From an uncultured Bacilli bacterium (GTDB lineage Bacteria; Bacillota_I; Bacilli_A; RF39; UBA660), in assembly GCA_947589275.1 (NCBI GenBank), contig CANQAQ010000002.1:1-46428 (forward strand): 46,428 bases of DNA, read 5' to 3'. Position numbers and translations under genes: made by a program. The notes below the pieces were generated by a model. That model was not told where the DNA came from and ran no database searches. It worked only from the letters and a program-made list of their open reading frames with translations. Positions 27,899 through 36,583 of this stretch are shown here, piece after piece; the stretch's first letter is position 1; each line of letters opens with the position of its first letter.

Positions 27899-28793
27899 AT
27901 ATATTCTCCTTTACAAAATTTTCTATCTTATCCTTTAGATCTATTTTTGATATTTTATTATCTATAACTATATCTAATATTGGTATTGATAATTTAGATT
28001 TACACATATAATTAACTAAAGAATCATAACTACATAAATCTGTTAGTAAAAATATTATCCCTTTTATATTTTTTTTATATAATTCTATAGTATTAAGTAA
28101 TTCTTGATTATATGTCCAATAAAGATTTTCAGATATATTTTTATATAAACTTAATTCATTATCTGGGTTATATATATCAGAATATATTATATTAATATTT
28201 AAATCATCTAATTCATCAATTATAAATTTTCCAACAAATTCATCATACGTATTATATGGATGTGATACTAACAAAATATTATTAACAGAATCATTTATTC
28301 TTTTTGATTGTATTAAATAATTTATCTTATTTTTTTTATATTCTTCTCTTTTAGCAAACTTATATGCTTCAATAGATTCTGATTTTGTAAAAGATAAAAT
28401 GTCCCCCATTTTTATAAATGCTTCTTCTTCAAATTTGTTATTATTGATATCTACAACATAATTTAATATATTTATATCAAAAACATTATTAACAATATCA
28501 TATAGACTACTAAAATATAAACATTCTCTTGTATGTTTTTTTAAAGATAATATTCTAGGTACTAAAATATAATCCACTTTATCTTTTAAATAATAAACAT
28601 GTCCAATATATATTTTTAATGAAAGGCAGCAATCATTTGGAATATATTCTTCTCCCATTTTTAATATATCATAGTTTGTATTTGGACTTATTAAAACCTT
28701 AACACCTAATCTTTTAAAAAATGTTTCCCATAAAGTGCCATATTTATAATAAAGTAAACCTCTTGGAATACCAATAGTAATTTTATTATTCAT
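27891..28793 (-). CDS. DUF2229-type acyl-CoA dehydratase activase-related protein (no ATPase domain)
   Basis: ITIGIPRGLLYYKYGTLWETFFKRLGVKVLISP...IPNDCCLSLKIYIGHVYYL...VDYILVPR matches the conserved N-terminal pattern of this family from memory. Confidence 0.6.
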   Translation of the reverse strand: MNNKITIGIPRGLLYYKYGTLWETFFKRLGVKVLISPNTNYDILKMGEEYIPNDCCLSLKIYIGHVYYLKDKVDYILVPRILSLKKHTRECLYFSSLYDIVNNVFDINILNYVVDINNNKFEEEAFIKMGDILSFTKSESIEAYKFAKREEYKKNKINYLIQSKRINDSVNNILLVSHPYNTYDEFVGKFIIDELDDLNINIIYSDIYNPDNELSLYKNISENLYWTYNQELLNTIELYKKNIKGIIFLLTDLCSYDSLVNYMCKSKLSIPILDIVIDNKISKIDLKDKIENFVKENIYE

Positions 28794-28856
28794 ATTTATA
28801 TCCTTTCATTATTATAAATATATGTATATAATAAAAAAAAAGACTTATCAAAGTCC

Positions 28857-30062
28857 TTAAAAATTAAACATAAGTATCTCTGGTTTTATTATAAGTAATA
28901 AACCAATTATAATCATTATTATCCCACCTACTAAATGAGAATATTTAGTATATTTAGTCGATAAACCAGTAACTTTTAATGTTATCATTGAAACTACAAA
29001 TACTATAATGTCATCTATTAGAAAGAATAAAATATAAATAAACATATATAGCATATATTCAAATGTATTTAAATCATTCATTGCTAGTATTTGTGTAAAT
29101 AAAAGTGGTAATCCTATTGAACACATAAGTTCAATGATATTTACAGATGCAGCAAGTGCAATTATACCAAATATTGCTAATATAAATTTTTTTTCTTTAG
29201 TTATACTAATAATTTTATTCATTATATTTTTGCGTTCTTTTTTATCTACAACATCACAGCCTTCGTCCTTTTTATTAATAGAATTTGCAAATTTACTTAG
29301 GTTAATTATACCAGTTATTATAGCTACTGCTGCAACAGCTAACCTAATAAATTGAACTTTACTAATAAATGTTGCTAAATTTAACCATGTTAACATAAAT
29401 AATAAATATACTATACCAGATGTTAATATAAATGTTAAACCTAAAATCCACATTTTTTTCTTATTTTTCATATTAAATAACATAGTTATTAAAAATATCA
29501 AAATCCACATAGCACAAGGATTAAAGCCATCAACAAAACCTAATACTACTGATAATAATGGTAAAGATACATTTTTAGCATTTACACTACCAAGTATTGG
29601 AACTTCTACTTCTTCATCTGTACTTATAAGTTCATTATTTGTAGTTTGTTCTTTAACTATTCCAGTTATTTCACCAACATAATCCCTATAATTGTCACTT
29701 TTTAAATTTTTTTTTACATATTTTTTAATACTTTTATCTGTTGTTCCTTCTAAATATCCATATAAAATTTTATCACCAATTACTGTATATGGTACTCCAG
29801 ATCTATCATCATTTAATTTTTCTTGAACTTTTTTTAATAAATCCTGATTATCTTTATCATACCATACTTCATATTTATATAATTTAATATCAGTTCTACC
29901 TTCTAAATATTCTTCTAAAAATGCTTCTTCTTTAGCACAATGTGGACATCCTTCACCGTAGAACAAATGAATATTTATAACCTTTTCATCTGCATTTACT
30001 TTAAATGGAACAAAAATAAATGTTAAAACGAGTATAAGTACTATTTTTAAATATTTCTTCAT
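28857..30062 (-). CDS. Secreted thioredoxin/glutaredoxin-like domain (CPHC) fused to a DsbD/CcdA-like membrane domain
   Basis: Signal peptide ending VNA|DEK, then GEGCPHCAKEE. The multi-TM region has Cys in FNPCAMW and ELMCSIGLP, as in the CcdA/DsbD_2 family. Confidence 0.7.
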   Translation of the reverse strand: MKKYLKIVLILVLTFIFVPFKVNADEKVINIHLFYGEGCPHCAKEEAFLEEYLEGRTDIKLYKYEVWYDKDNQDLLKKVQEKLNDDRSGVPYTVIGDKILYGYLEGTTDKSIKKYVKKNLKSDNYRDYVGEITGIVKEQTTNNELISTDEEVEVPILGSVNAKNVSLPLLSVVLGFVDGFNPCAMWILIFLITMLFNMKNKKKMWILGLTFILTSGIVYLLFMLTWLNLATFISKVQFIRLAVAAVAIITGIINLSKFANSINKKDEGCDVVDKKERKNIMNKIISITKEKKFILAIFGIIALAASVNIIELMCSIGLPLLFTQILAMNDLNTFEYMLYMFIYILFFLIDDIIVFVVSMITLKVTGLSTKYTKYSHLVGGIIMIIIGLLLIIKPEILMFNF

Positions 30063-30322
30063 AATAATTCTCCTATTACTTCTTTTATTTCTTTATAACT
30101 TTTTTCTCCTTTAAGTCGCCTTACTTCTTTATCGTTCTTTAAAAATATAAGTTCAGGAAGAACTTTTCCAACATTATATTTTAAAACTTCTTCGCAATCG
30201 TAATCATAATCTATATTAATTATTTCAATATCTTTATATTCATCTTTTATTTTATTTAATGCATTATTAGTTACTAGGCACGCAGAACACCATAACGCCC
30301 CTACCTTTACTATTTTCAACAT
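30059..30322 (-). CDS. Thioredoxin-family protein (WCSAC active site), cytoplasmic
   Basis: 87 aa with GALWCSACLV and no signal peptide. Its stop overlaps the start of the downstream membrane protein by 4 nt. Confidence 0.75.
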   Translation of the reverse strand: MLKIVKVGALWCSACLVTNNALNKIKDEYKDIEIINIDYDYDCEEVLKYNVGKVLPELIFLKNDKEVRRLKGEKSYKEIKEVIGELL

Positions 30323-30367
30323 ATATCACCGTACTTATTATATCATAGTTTTTAAAATAAAAAACAA

Positions 30368-31714
30368 CTAATTTGGAATAATTAGTTGTGTACCTATATT
30401 TAATAAATTACTTGTCAAATTGTTTAATTGTTTTAATTCATTTACTGTCGTATTAAATTTTTGCGCTATAGTATATAATGAATCTCCTTTTTTTACTATA
30501 TATATATTTTGCGCACTACTAGTTGGTATTTTTAGTCTCTGACCTATATTTAGTAAATTACTTGTTAAATTATTTAATTGCTTTAATTCTTCTACTGTTG
30601 TATTAAATTTTTGCGCTATAGTATATAATGAATCTCCTTTTTTTACTACATATATATTTTCTGCACTACTAGTTGGTATTTTTAATCTTTGACCTATATT
30701 TAGTAAATTACTTGTTAAATTATTTAATTGCTTTAATTCTTCTACTGTTGTATTAAATTTTTGCGCTATAGTATATAATGAATCTCCTTTTTTTACTATA
30801 TAAACATTATTTTCAGATTCACTAGTAGTATTTCCTTCTTTTACTATAAGAATTTGTCCTATATTTAACAAATTACTTGTTAAATTATTTAATTGTTTCA
30901 ATTTATCAACAGTAGTATTAAATTTTTGTGCTATTTTATATAATGAATCACCACTTTGAACTATATATGTTTCACTAGAAATGTTACCATTATTTACTTT
31001 TTTATTAGGTATTCTTAGAACTTGACCTATACTTAAAGAAGTGTTTTTTAAATTATTATAAGACATTAATTCTGAAACTGTTAACCCATATTTTTTTGCT
31101 ATTTTATATAATGAATCACCCTTTTTTACTATATAAGTTTCTTCTTCATTTTTGTAATAAGGTATCCCCTTATAATTTGCTAAAGCTTTTACTACTGCTT
31201 CTGCATATTTTTGCCAATTTTCTTTTATGTTATTAGCATCTGTTATATTAGCTATATTACCATAATCAACAATAATGGTTTCTATAAGCCCAGTATTTCT
31301 TTGAATATTATCATAATCTTCAGCTGTATTTTGCTCGCTCCTTTTTTGATACCATTTATTAACATATGCACCTTCATTTTCTAATTCATCTTTAATAGAT
31401 TCTGCCAATGTATCATTATTTCTAAGTGCATATATTATTTCTATTCCATTTTCATCTCTTGAACCTAATCTATTTGAAAGTGCTACTACTTTTGAATTAT
31501 TTCCATAAGCATTATTTATACGATTTATTCTATTATTATCATTAATATATTCATCACTATCTCTAATAATCTTAACATCAGCACCTAGTTCTTTTAATCT
31601 ATTATAAATATATTGACTAATAAGTAGAGCATATTCTTTTTCAACTATTCCATTACCAACATTCCCAGAATCACTTCCGCCTCTTGCAGGATCTATAACT
31701 ATCATTTCATTCAC
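30368..31714 (-). CDS. CwlC-like Amidase_3 domain (active-site residues substituted) plus five LysM repeats, no signal peptide
   Basis: The N-terminus MIVIDPARGGSDSGNVGNGIVEKE aligns with CwlC IFIDPGHGGSDPGATGNGLQEK. Five YIVKKGDSLYxIAQKFNTTV..L..LNNL....L.IGQ.L.IP LysM units follow. Confidence 0.8.
   Translation of the reverse strand: MNEMIVIDPARGGSDSGNVGNGIVEKEYALLISQYIYNRLKELGADVKIIRDSDEYINDNNRINRINNAYGNNSKVVALSNRLGSRDENGIEIIYALRNNDTLAESIKDELENEGAYVNKWYQKRSEQNTAEDYDNIQRNTGLIETIIVDYGNIANITDANNIKENWQKYAEAVVKALANYKGIPYYKNEEETYIVKKGDSLYKIAKKYGLTVSELMSYNNLKNTSLSIGQVLRIPNKKVNNGNISSETYIVQSGDSLYKIAQKFNTTVDKLKQLNNLTSNLLNIGQILIVKEGNTTSESENNVYIVKKGDSLYTIAQKFNTTVEELKQLNNLTSNLLNIGQRLKIPTSSAENIYVVKKGDSLYTIAQKFNTTVEELKQLNNLTSNLLNIGQRLKIPTSSAQNIYIVKKGDSLYTIAQKFNTTVNELKQLNNLTSNLLNIGTQLIIPN
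30391..30840. repeat. 150-bp in-frame tandem repeat (three copies) encoding LysM units 3-5
   Basis: 30541..30658 and 30691..30808 are identical over at least 118 nt by direct reading. The 30391..30540 copy is more diverged in its first half. Confidence 0.9.
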
Positions 31715-31755
31715 CCTAATAAATTATATGATTAAAATTAAAATGGTAGAATATA

Positions 31756-33078
31756 TTATAATATTCTACCAATAAAATTCTTTTTATTTATTAATGCATA
31801 TATAACAATTGCAGATAAAACAGCATCAGGAGCTAATACTGAAAATACCCATATTTCTTTTTTATCATTAAAATCTAATATATATTTATCAAGTAAACTA
31901 ACAATATAACAAACTAAATTATCTTTTTCATATGTATCTTTTATATTATTTATTCCATCAGGTTTTAAAAGTTTGTTTATAACTTTTCTTAAATTAAATA
32001 TATTAACATAATCTTTTTCTTTTCTTTTAATATAATATTTTTTTAATAAATTATTAGATATATTACTAAAAGAATATACTTTTAACATATCAATATTGAA
32101 TATCTTAGCAGCAAATTCTATACATGATAATACATTTGAATTTAATCTAAAAAGTTCTAAATTATATTTTTTTAAGTATTCTTCAATACTATTTCTAGCT
32201 ACTGCTTCAAATGGACTTATAACTGGTAATTTAGAAAATATTTTTTTATAACATTTATCCATTTCATCTTCATATTTACTAGATTTTATATTTGTACCTT
32301 TTTTAAATGTATATAAATTTCCTTCTAGTTTATTAAAAGCTTTCATAGTATCATAAAATCCATATTTCATATTTCTAATTGAATTATCATTATCAAATAT
32401 CATTAATTCTCCTAGATCATACCTAGTTCCAATATATGTTATATTTGCATTTAGATTAACAAATTTACTTTTAGATCCTATAGCTTTTAAATCTATAACT
32501 ACTATATCAGTAGCACCCTTTTTAATTGCCATTTCTATAGGCATATTATCAAATAATCCACCATCAATATATTTTGTTTTACCAATACTATAACTTTTCA
32601 TATATGGATAACATGCAGAAGAAGCCATAACATAATCTTTTATTTGTCCATAAGGAATATCTTCCTTATAAATTTCTATCTTTTTTAATGGCATAAATTG
32701 TGTGGTTACAAAACCAAATTCAATCTTTGAATTTCTTATTTTATCTTCATTAATACATTCATCAATTAAATTTTTTAATGGTTCATATGAAGCACTTTCT
32801 CCTGATTTTATTAACATTTTTGTTAAATCATTCATAGATTTTGCTTTTGTTATATCTATACTATCAAAAGAAAATATGTTTTCCATATTTATTTTTGACC
32901 AGACATCATATGCCTTCTTAAAATCATTCATAACAATAAAACAACCATTTAAAGCACCAACTGATGTACCTGTTACTATGTCTGGATTAAATCCTATTTT
33001 TCTAAGTGCATTCCATGCTCCAATCTGATATGCACCTTTAGCTCCTCCACCACATAAAACAATTGCTTTTTTACTCAT
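31756..33078 (-). CDS. Patatin-like phospholipase with a long C-terminal extension
   Basis: GGGAKGAYQIG oxyanion loop, GTSVGA (GxSxG) and IDGGLFDN (DGG) motifs. Confidence 0.85.
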   Translation of the reverse strand: MSKKAIVLCGGGAKGAYQIGAWNALRKIGFNPDIVTGTSVGALNGCFIVMNDFKKAYDVWSKINMENIFSFDSIDITKAKSMNDLTKMLIKSGESASYEPLKNLIDECINEDKIRNSKIEFGFVTTQFMPLKKIEIYKEDIPYGQIKDYVMASSACYPYMKSYSIGKTKYIDGGLFDNMPIEMAIKKGATDIVVIDLKAIGSKSKFVNLNANITYIGTRYDLGELMIFDNDNSIRNMKYGFYDTMKAFNKLEGNLYTFKKGTNIKSSKYEDEMDKCYKKIFSKLPVISPFEAVARNSIEEYLKKYNLELFRLNSNVLSCIEFAAKIFNIDMLKVYSFSNISNNLLKKYYIKRKEKDYVNIFNLRKVINKLLKPDGINNIKDTYEKDNLVCYIVSLLDKYILDFNDKKEIWVFSVLAPDAVLSAIVIYALINKKNFIGRIL

Positions 33079-33088
33079 TTTTACCTCT

Positions 33089-33421
33089 CTATCTATTTAT
33101 ATATTTTATATATAAGGAACTACCAATTAAATATTCAATAACATAAAGTAATGAATATACAATAGTAATTGTATTAAAATAAAGAATAACTGATGGTATG
33201 AATAACATAATTATTAATAAAATGTAATACCATCTAAATTTACAATACTTTGTTAATATAAATGAAGAAATCATAACATATGTAGAATTTATAAATAGTA
33301 TACAAAAAGTAGCATAATTATTAGCATTAACTTCATTCATATTCGTAGCAAAATATGGTATTAAGTAAAATATAAATAATCCTATTAATAATATAATAAG
33401 TAATTTTTTATTTATTCGCAT
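33089..33421 (-). CDS. Hypothetical small membrane protein (110 aa)
   Basis: Three hydrophobic segments. Overlaps the upstream AI-2E transporter gene by 14 nt. No family recognised. Confidence 0.5.
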   Translation of the reverse strand: MRINKKLLIILLIGLFIFYLIPYFATNMNEVNANNYATFCILFINSTYVMISSFILTKYCKFRWYYILLIIMLFIPSVILYFNTITIVYSLLYVIEYLIGSSLYIKYINR

Positions 33422-34622
33422 TTTTACTTTCCTTCTTTGACTGAGTACTTACTTCTTCTTCTATTTCTTCATTTAATTTAATGAATTCATATTTTGTATT
33501 GAAATATACAAATATAGTTTTTATAGTTGCTATTACAGGTACTGCAAGAACCATTCCAAGTATACCAAAGAAGTGTCCAAATATAAGTAAAGATATTATT
33601 ATAGTTACTGGATGTAACTTAAGATTTTTACTTTGAACAAGTGGTGTAAATATTACGTTATCAAGAAGTTGCACAACTACTAAACTTATTACAACAAAAA
33701 TACCTGTTGTTGTTCCTTGAGTAAATCCTACTATTGCAGCTGGAACTCCACCTATATAAGGTCCTACATAAGGAATTATATTTGTAACTCCACAAAATAA
33801 TGCAAACAATATAGGTGCTTCTAATCCAGCTAAAGAAAAACCTATAGAATTTCCAAGCCAAACTAGTGCAGTTGTTAAAATTATTCCTTGTACATAATTT
33901 ACAAGAGTTTGATTTGCGATATCCATTAAATTTCTTGCATCTTCTCTTAATTTGTATGGTAATAAATTTACTAATGCTTTGCTAACATTATCAAAATCAA
34001 GAAGCATGTATAATCCAATAAATAATCCTATTAAAAATGTACCTAATCCTGAAACTATTGAAGTAACTATATTAATTACTTTATCAGGAAGACCGATAGT
34101 TATGTTTTTACCAATTGTTATTATTGATTCATATAATTCTGTTCTTATACTTTGGGTTCTATTACCTAAAATTGGTTCTAAAAATTTTATAAATTTATCT
34201 AAAGTTATTGTTAAACTTTCACTTATTTTAGGAAATATATTTACAAATTCATTAATTTGATTTGTTACTACGGGAACACTATAAACAATAAATAGACTTA
34301 ATATTATTATAAATAAAATATAAACTAATATTGTTGCAATTGTTCTATTAAACTTATGTTTAGTTAAAAATTTAACAATTGGATTAAATAACCATGCAAT
34401 AAAAATTCCTATAAACAATGGTATTAGTATTTTTAATAAAGTACTTATAAAATATAATACTTTCCATTCTTTTACAACAAATGTTATTATCATTATTGCA
34501 ACTATAATAAGAACAATAAACATTATTTTTAAAATTCTGTTTAATAAATTAACACTTTCATTAACTTGTTCAATATCAATTTTGTCATTACTATTTTTAT
34601 TTTTAAACATAATTACACCCAT
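33408..34622 (-). CDS. AI-2E family transporter (PerM/YtvI-like, UPF0118)
   Basis: About 8 TM segments, 400 aa, with the conserved C-terminal LHPVTIIISLLIFGHFFGILGMVLAVP segment. Confidence 0.8.
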   Translation of the reverse strand: MGVIMFKNKNSNDKIDIEQVNESVNLLNRILKIMFIVLIIVAIMIITFVVKEWKVLYFISTLLKILIPLFIGIFIAWLFNPIVKFLTKHKFNRTIATILVYILFIIILSLFIVYSVPVVTNQINEFVNIFPKISESLTITLDKFIKFLEPILGNRTQSIRTELYESIITIGKNITIGLPDKVINIVTSIVSGLGTFLIGLFIGLYMLLDFDNVSKALVNLLPYKLREDARNLMDIANQTLVNYVQGIILTTALVWLGNSIGFSLAGLEAPILFALFCGVTNIIPYVGPYIGGVPAAIVGFTQGTTTGIFVVISLVVVQLLDNVIFTPLVQSKNLKLHPVTIIISLLIFGHFFGILGMVLAVPVIATIKTIFVYFNTKYEFIKLNEEIEEEVSTQSKKESKNANK

Positions 34623-34694
34623 CCTTTTTTATAGTATACCACATATAAAAATAAAACTATCATATTTGACAGTTTTTTTATATACAAATGTAAA

Positions 34695-35624
34695 TTATAA
34701 GTATAAAGTTTTTATAGGACTAAATTTATCTACCTCGCTTGATCTTTGTATACTATCTAAAATATATGTACTCATTTCTTCTTTGCTAAGTAATTTCTTT
34801 TCATCTTGTGAATAAAGTAATTTTGCAATACATAATATTTTTCTTATATTTCCATTAGATAAATTTGCAATTTTACTAATTGTTTTATAATCTAGCATTT
34901 CATTTAAAGTTAATAATTTATTACTAGGATTACATTTTTTATTATAATATTCTATTCTAGAATCAATAATTTTAATTAATACATCTGGATTTTTTGCGTA
35001 ATCAACTTTTATAATATCAAAATCTTTATTAATTAAATCTAGTTGTCTTTCTTTATTATTATAGACCATATTATCACTAGATATTATTATACTTTTATCA
35101 AAAAGATCAAAATATTTAGATATAATTTCTTGTATATCGTTATTAGATAAATCCATTTTGTCGACAACAAATACTATATTCTTATCTGTTAATTTTCTAA
35201 TTCTATATATTAGTGAAGATATCAAATCGCCCACCTTATAATTTCTAAGTGTTTCAGGATTTTCTTTTAAATATGGAACATTACTATTTAATAAAAGCAT
35301 TTGTGAATCTAAACCTAAAACAGATAATACTTTTAATAATTCTCCTGCTACTATGGATTCTATATATGCTTCCATTTTAATATTTGTTTTTGCAATGTTA
35401 TAATGCTGCAAACTAATTACATTTAAATATACAAAAATTTCTTCATTTTCACTCATATATTGTAACGTTGTTAATTTTTTTCCACTATCTTCTACTCCAG
35501 TTAATATAATTTTATTTTTTTTTGATGATTTAATTTTGTCTATAATCTGTTTTACAGGTTCATATATAAATACATTTTTATTTTCTAAAACTTCTCTTTT
35601 TTTTAAATGAAACTCTCTTATCAT
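34695..35624 (-). CDS. Hypothetical degenerate P-loop / Orc1-Cdc6-like AAA+ protein
   Basis: GVEDSGKK (Walker A-like, with K in place of S/T), IVFVVDKMD (Walker B-like), and C-terminal LSNGNIRKILCIAKLL resembling the GDARxAxxLL sensor-2 helix. Confidence 0.45.
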   Translation of the reverse strand: MIREFHLKKREVLENKNVFIYEPVKQIIDKIKSSKKNKIILTGVEDSGKKLTTLQYMSENEEIFVYLNVISLQHYNIAKTNIKMEAYIESIVAGELLKVLSVLGLDSQMLLLNSNVPYLKENPETLRNYKVGDLISSLIYRIRKLTDKNIVFVVDKMDLSNNDIQEIISKYFDLFDKSIIISSDNMVYNNKERQLDLINKDFDIIKVDYAKNPDVLIKIIDSRIEYYNKKCNPSNKLLTLNEMLDYKTISKIANLSNGNIRKILCIAKLLYSQDEKKLLSKEEMSTYILDSIQRSSEVDKFSPIKTLYL

Positions 35625-35698
35625 TTTTGCACCTCTTCTAACGCATTTATGATTATAGCATACATTTAATTATATTTTTATATATTTATGTCGACAAA

Positions 35699-36316
35699 TT
35701 ATGACATATTCTTATTATTTATTTTTTTAAGTATTGTAGTAAATATTATCAAATATATTATTGATACTAAATAACCTGCTAATACATCACTTGCATAATG
35801 TACTCCTAAGTATATTCTACTTATTCCAATTAATACTATTAATATAAATAATAAAATTTCTAATAACAATTTATATTTTTTTCTAATATTTGATTTATAA
35901 ATCAAATAAATAATAAATCCATAAAAACTAGTTGCTGCCATAGTATGACCACTTGGAAAACTATATCCACCTTCTTTTATTAATCTTAATACCAATGGTC
36001 TTGGTCTTAAAAATATTGCTTTTAATACTTTATTTATTATAGTACTATTAATAATATTTATAGATATTACTACACCATACCATTTATTTTTTATAAATAT
36101 AAATAATATAATACATAATATTATAATTACTATATAATTAGCAAAATTGGTAATAAATTTAAAAAATATAGTTAATTGATTACATTTAAATGAAGATATT
36201 ATATTATAAATAAAAGTGTCAAATGGTATTATTTTATCACTTCTAATCAAGTAACAAATTATAGAAAAAAATATAGTTAATATCATAATTAATATTAATT
36301 TAAATTTTGACTTCAC
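35699..36316 (-). CDS. PAP2-family phosphatase
   Basis: KAIFLRPRP, PSGH and SRIYLGVHYASD motifs in the canonical order, within a polytopic membrane protein. Confidence 0.85.
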   Translation of the reverse strand: MKSKFKLILIMILTIFFSIICYLIRSDKIIPFDTFIYNIISSFKCNQLTIFFKFITNFANYIVIIILCIILFIFIKNKWYGVVISINIINSTIINKVLKAIFLRPRPLVLRLIKEGGYSFPSGHTMAATSFYGFIIYLIYKSNIRKKYKLLLEILLFILIVLIGISRIYLGVHYASDVLAGYLVSIIYLIIFTTILKKINNKNMS

Positions 36317-36362
36317 ATAACCACCTATTATAATTATAACATTTATATTTATATTTATGAAA

Positions 36363-36389
36363 AATAAAAAAAAGATTTAAATAAATCTT
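36363..36389 (-). terminator. Intrinsic terminator after the tRNA pair
   Basis: On the minus strand, an AAGATTT-ATTT-AAATCTT hairpin is followed by TTTTTTTTATTTTT. Confidence 0.5.
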
Positions 36390-36409
36390 TATATTATTTT
36401 ACAATTATT

Positions 36410-36486
36410 TGGTGACCTGTATGGGATTCGAACCCATGAATGCTGCCGTGAGAGGGCAGTGTGTTAAGCCACTTCACCAACAGGCC
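36410..36486 (-). tRNA. tRNA-Glu (anticodon CUC), CCA encoded
   Basis: Hand-folded cloverleaf collinear with B. subtilis tRNA-Glu, including the G2:U71 pair. Anticodon loop CTCTCAC. T-arm ATGGGTTCGAATCCCAT. Confidence 0.88.
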
Positions 36487-36488
36487 AT

Positions 36489-36563
36489 TGGCTGCCCAAG
36501 TTAGATTCGAACTAACGCATAATAGATTCAGAGTCTACCGCCTTACCACTTGGCTATTGGGCA
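36489..36563 (-). tRNA. tRNA-Gln (anticodon CUG), CCA encoded
   Basis: Perfect acceptor stem TGCCCAA/TTGGGCA, D-arm GCCAAGTGGTAAGGC, anticodon loop CTCTGAA. It lies 2 nt upstream of tRNA-Glu. Confidence 0.88.
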
Positions 36564-36583
36564 ATTAACAAGTTTATTATAAC

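Noticed and set aside
27820-28011. 63-aa + strand ORF
   Set aside because: Antisense across the junction of the two DUF2229-type genes.
29134-29355. 73-aa + strand ORF
   Set aside because: Antisense to the Trx-DsbD-like membrane gene.
30391-30840. Regularly spaced repeats that might be a CRISPR array or a minisatellite
   Set aside because: The period is 150 bp with no unique spacers. The repeats are in frame and encode LysM units of the amidase-like gene.
32702-33028. 108-aa + strand ORF
   Set aside because: Antisense to the patatin catalytic domain.
33661-33861. 66-aa - strand ORF in an alternative frame
   Set aside because: Nested out of frame inside the AI-2E transporter gene. C/R/S/Y-rich, no SD.
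33952-34260. 102-aa + strand ORF
   Set aside because: Antisense to the AI-2E transporter gene.
34582-34815. 77-aa + strand ORF
   Set aside because: Antisense to the AI-2E start and to the 3' end of the AAA+-like gene. Spans an intergenic region with no SD.
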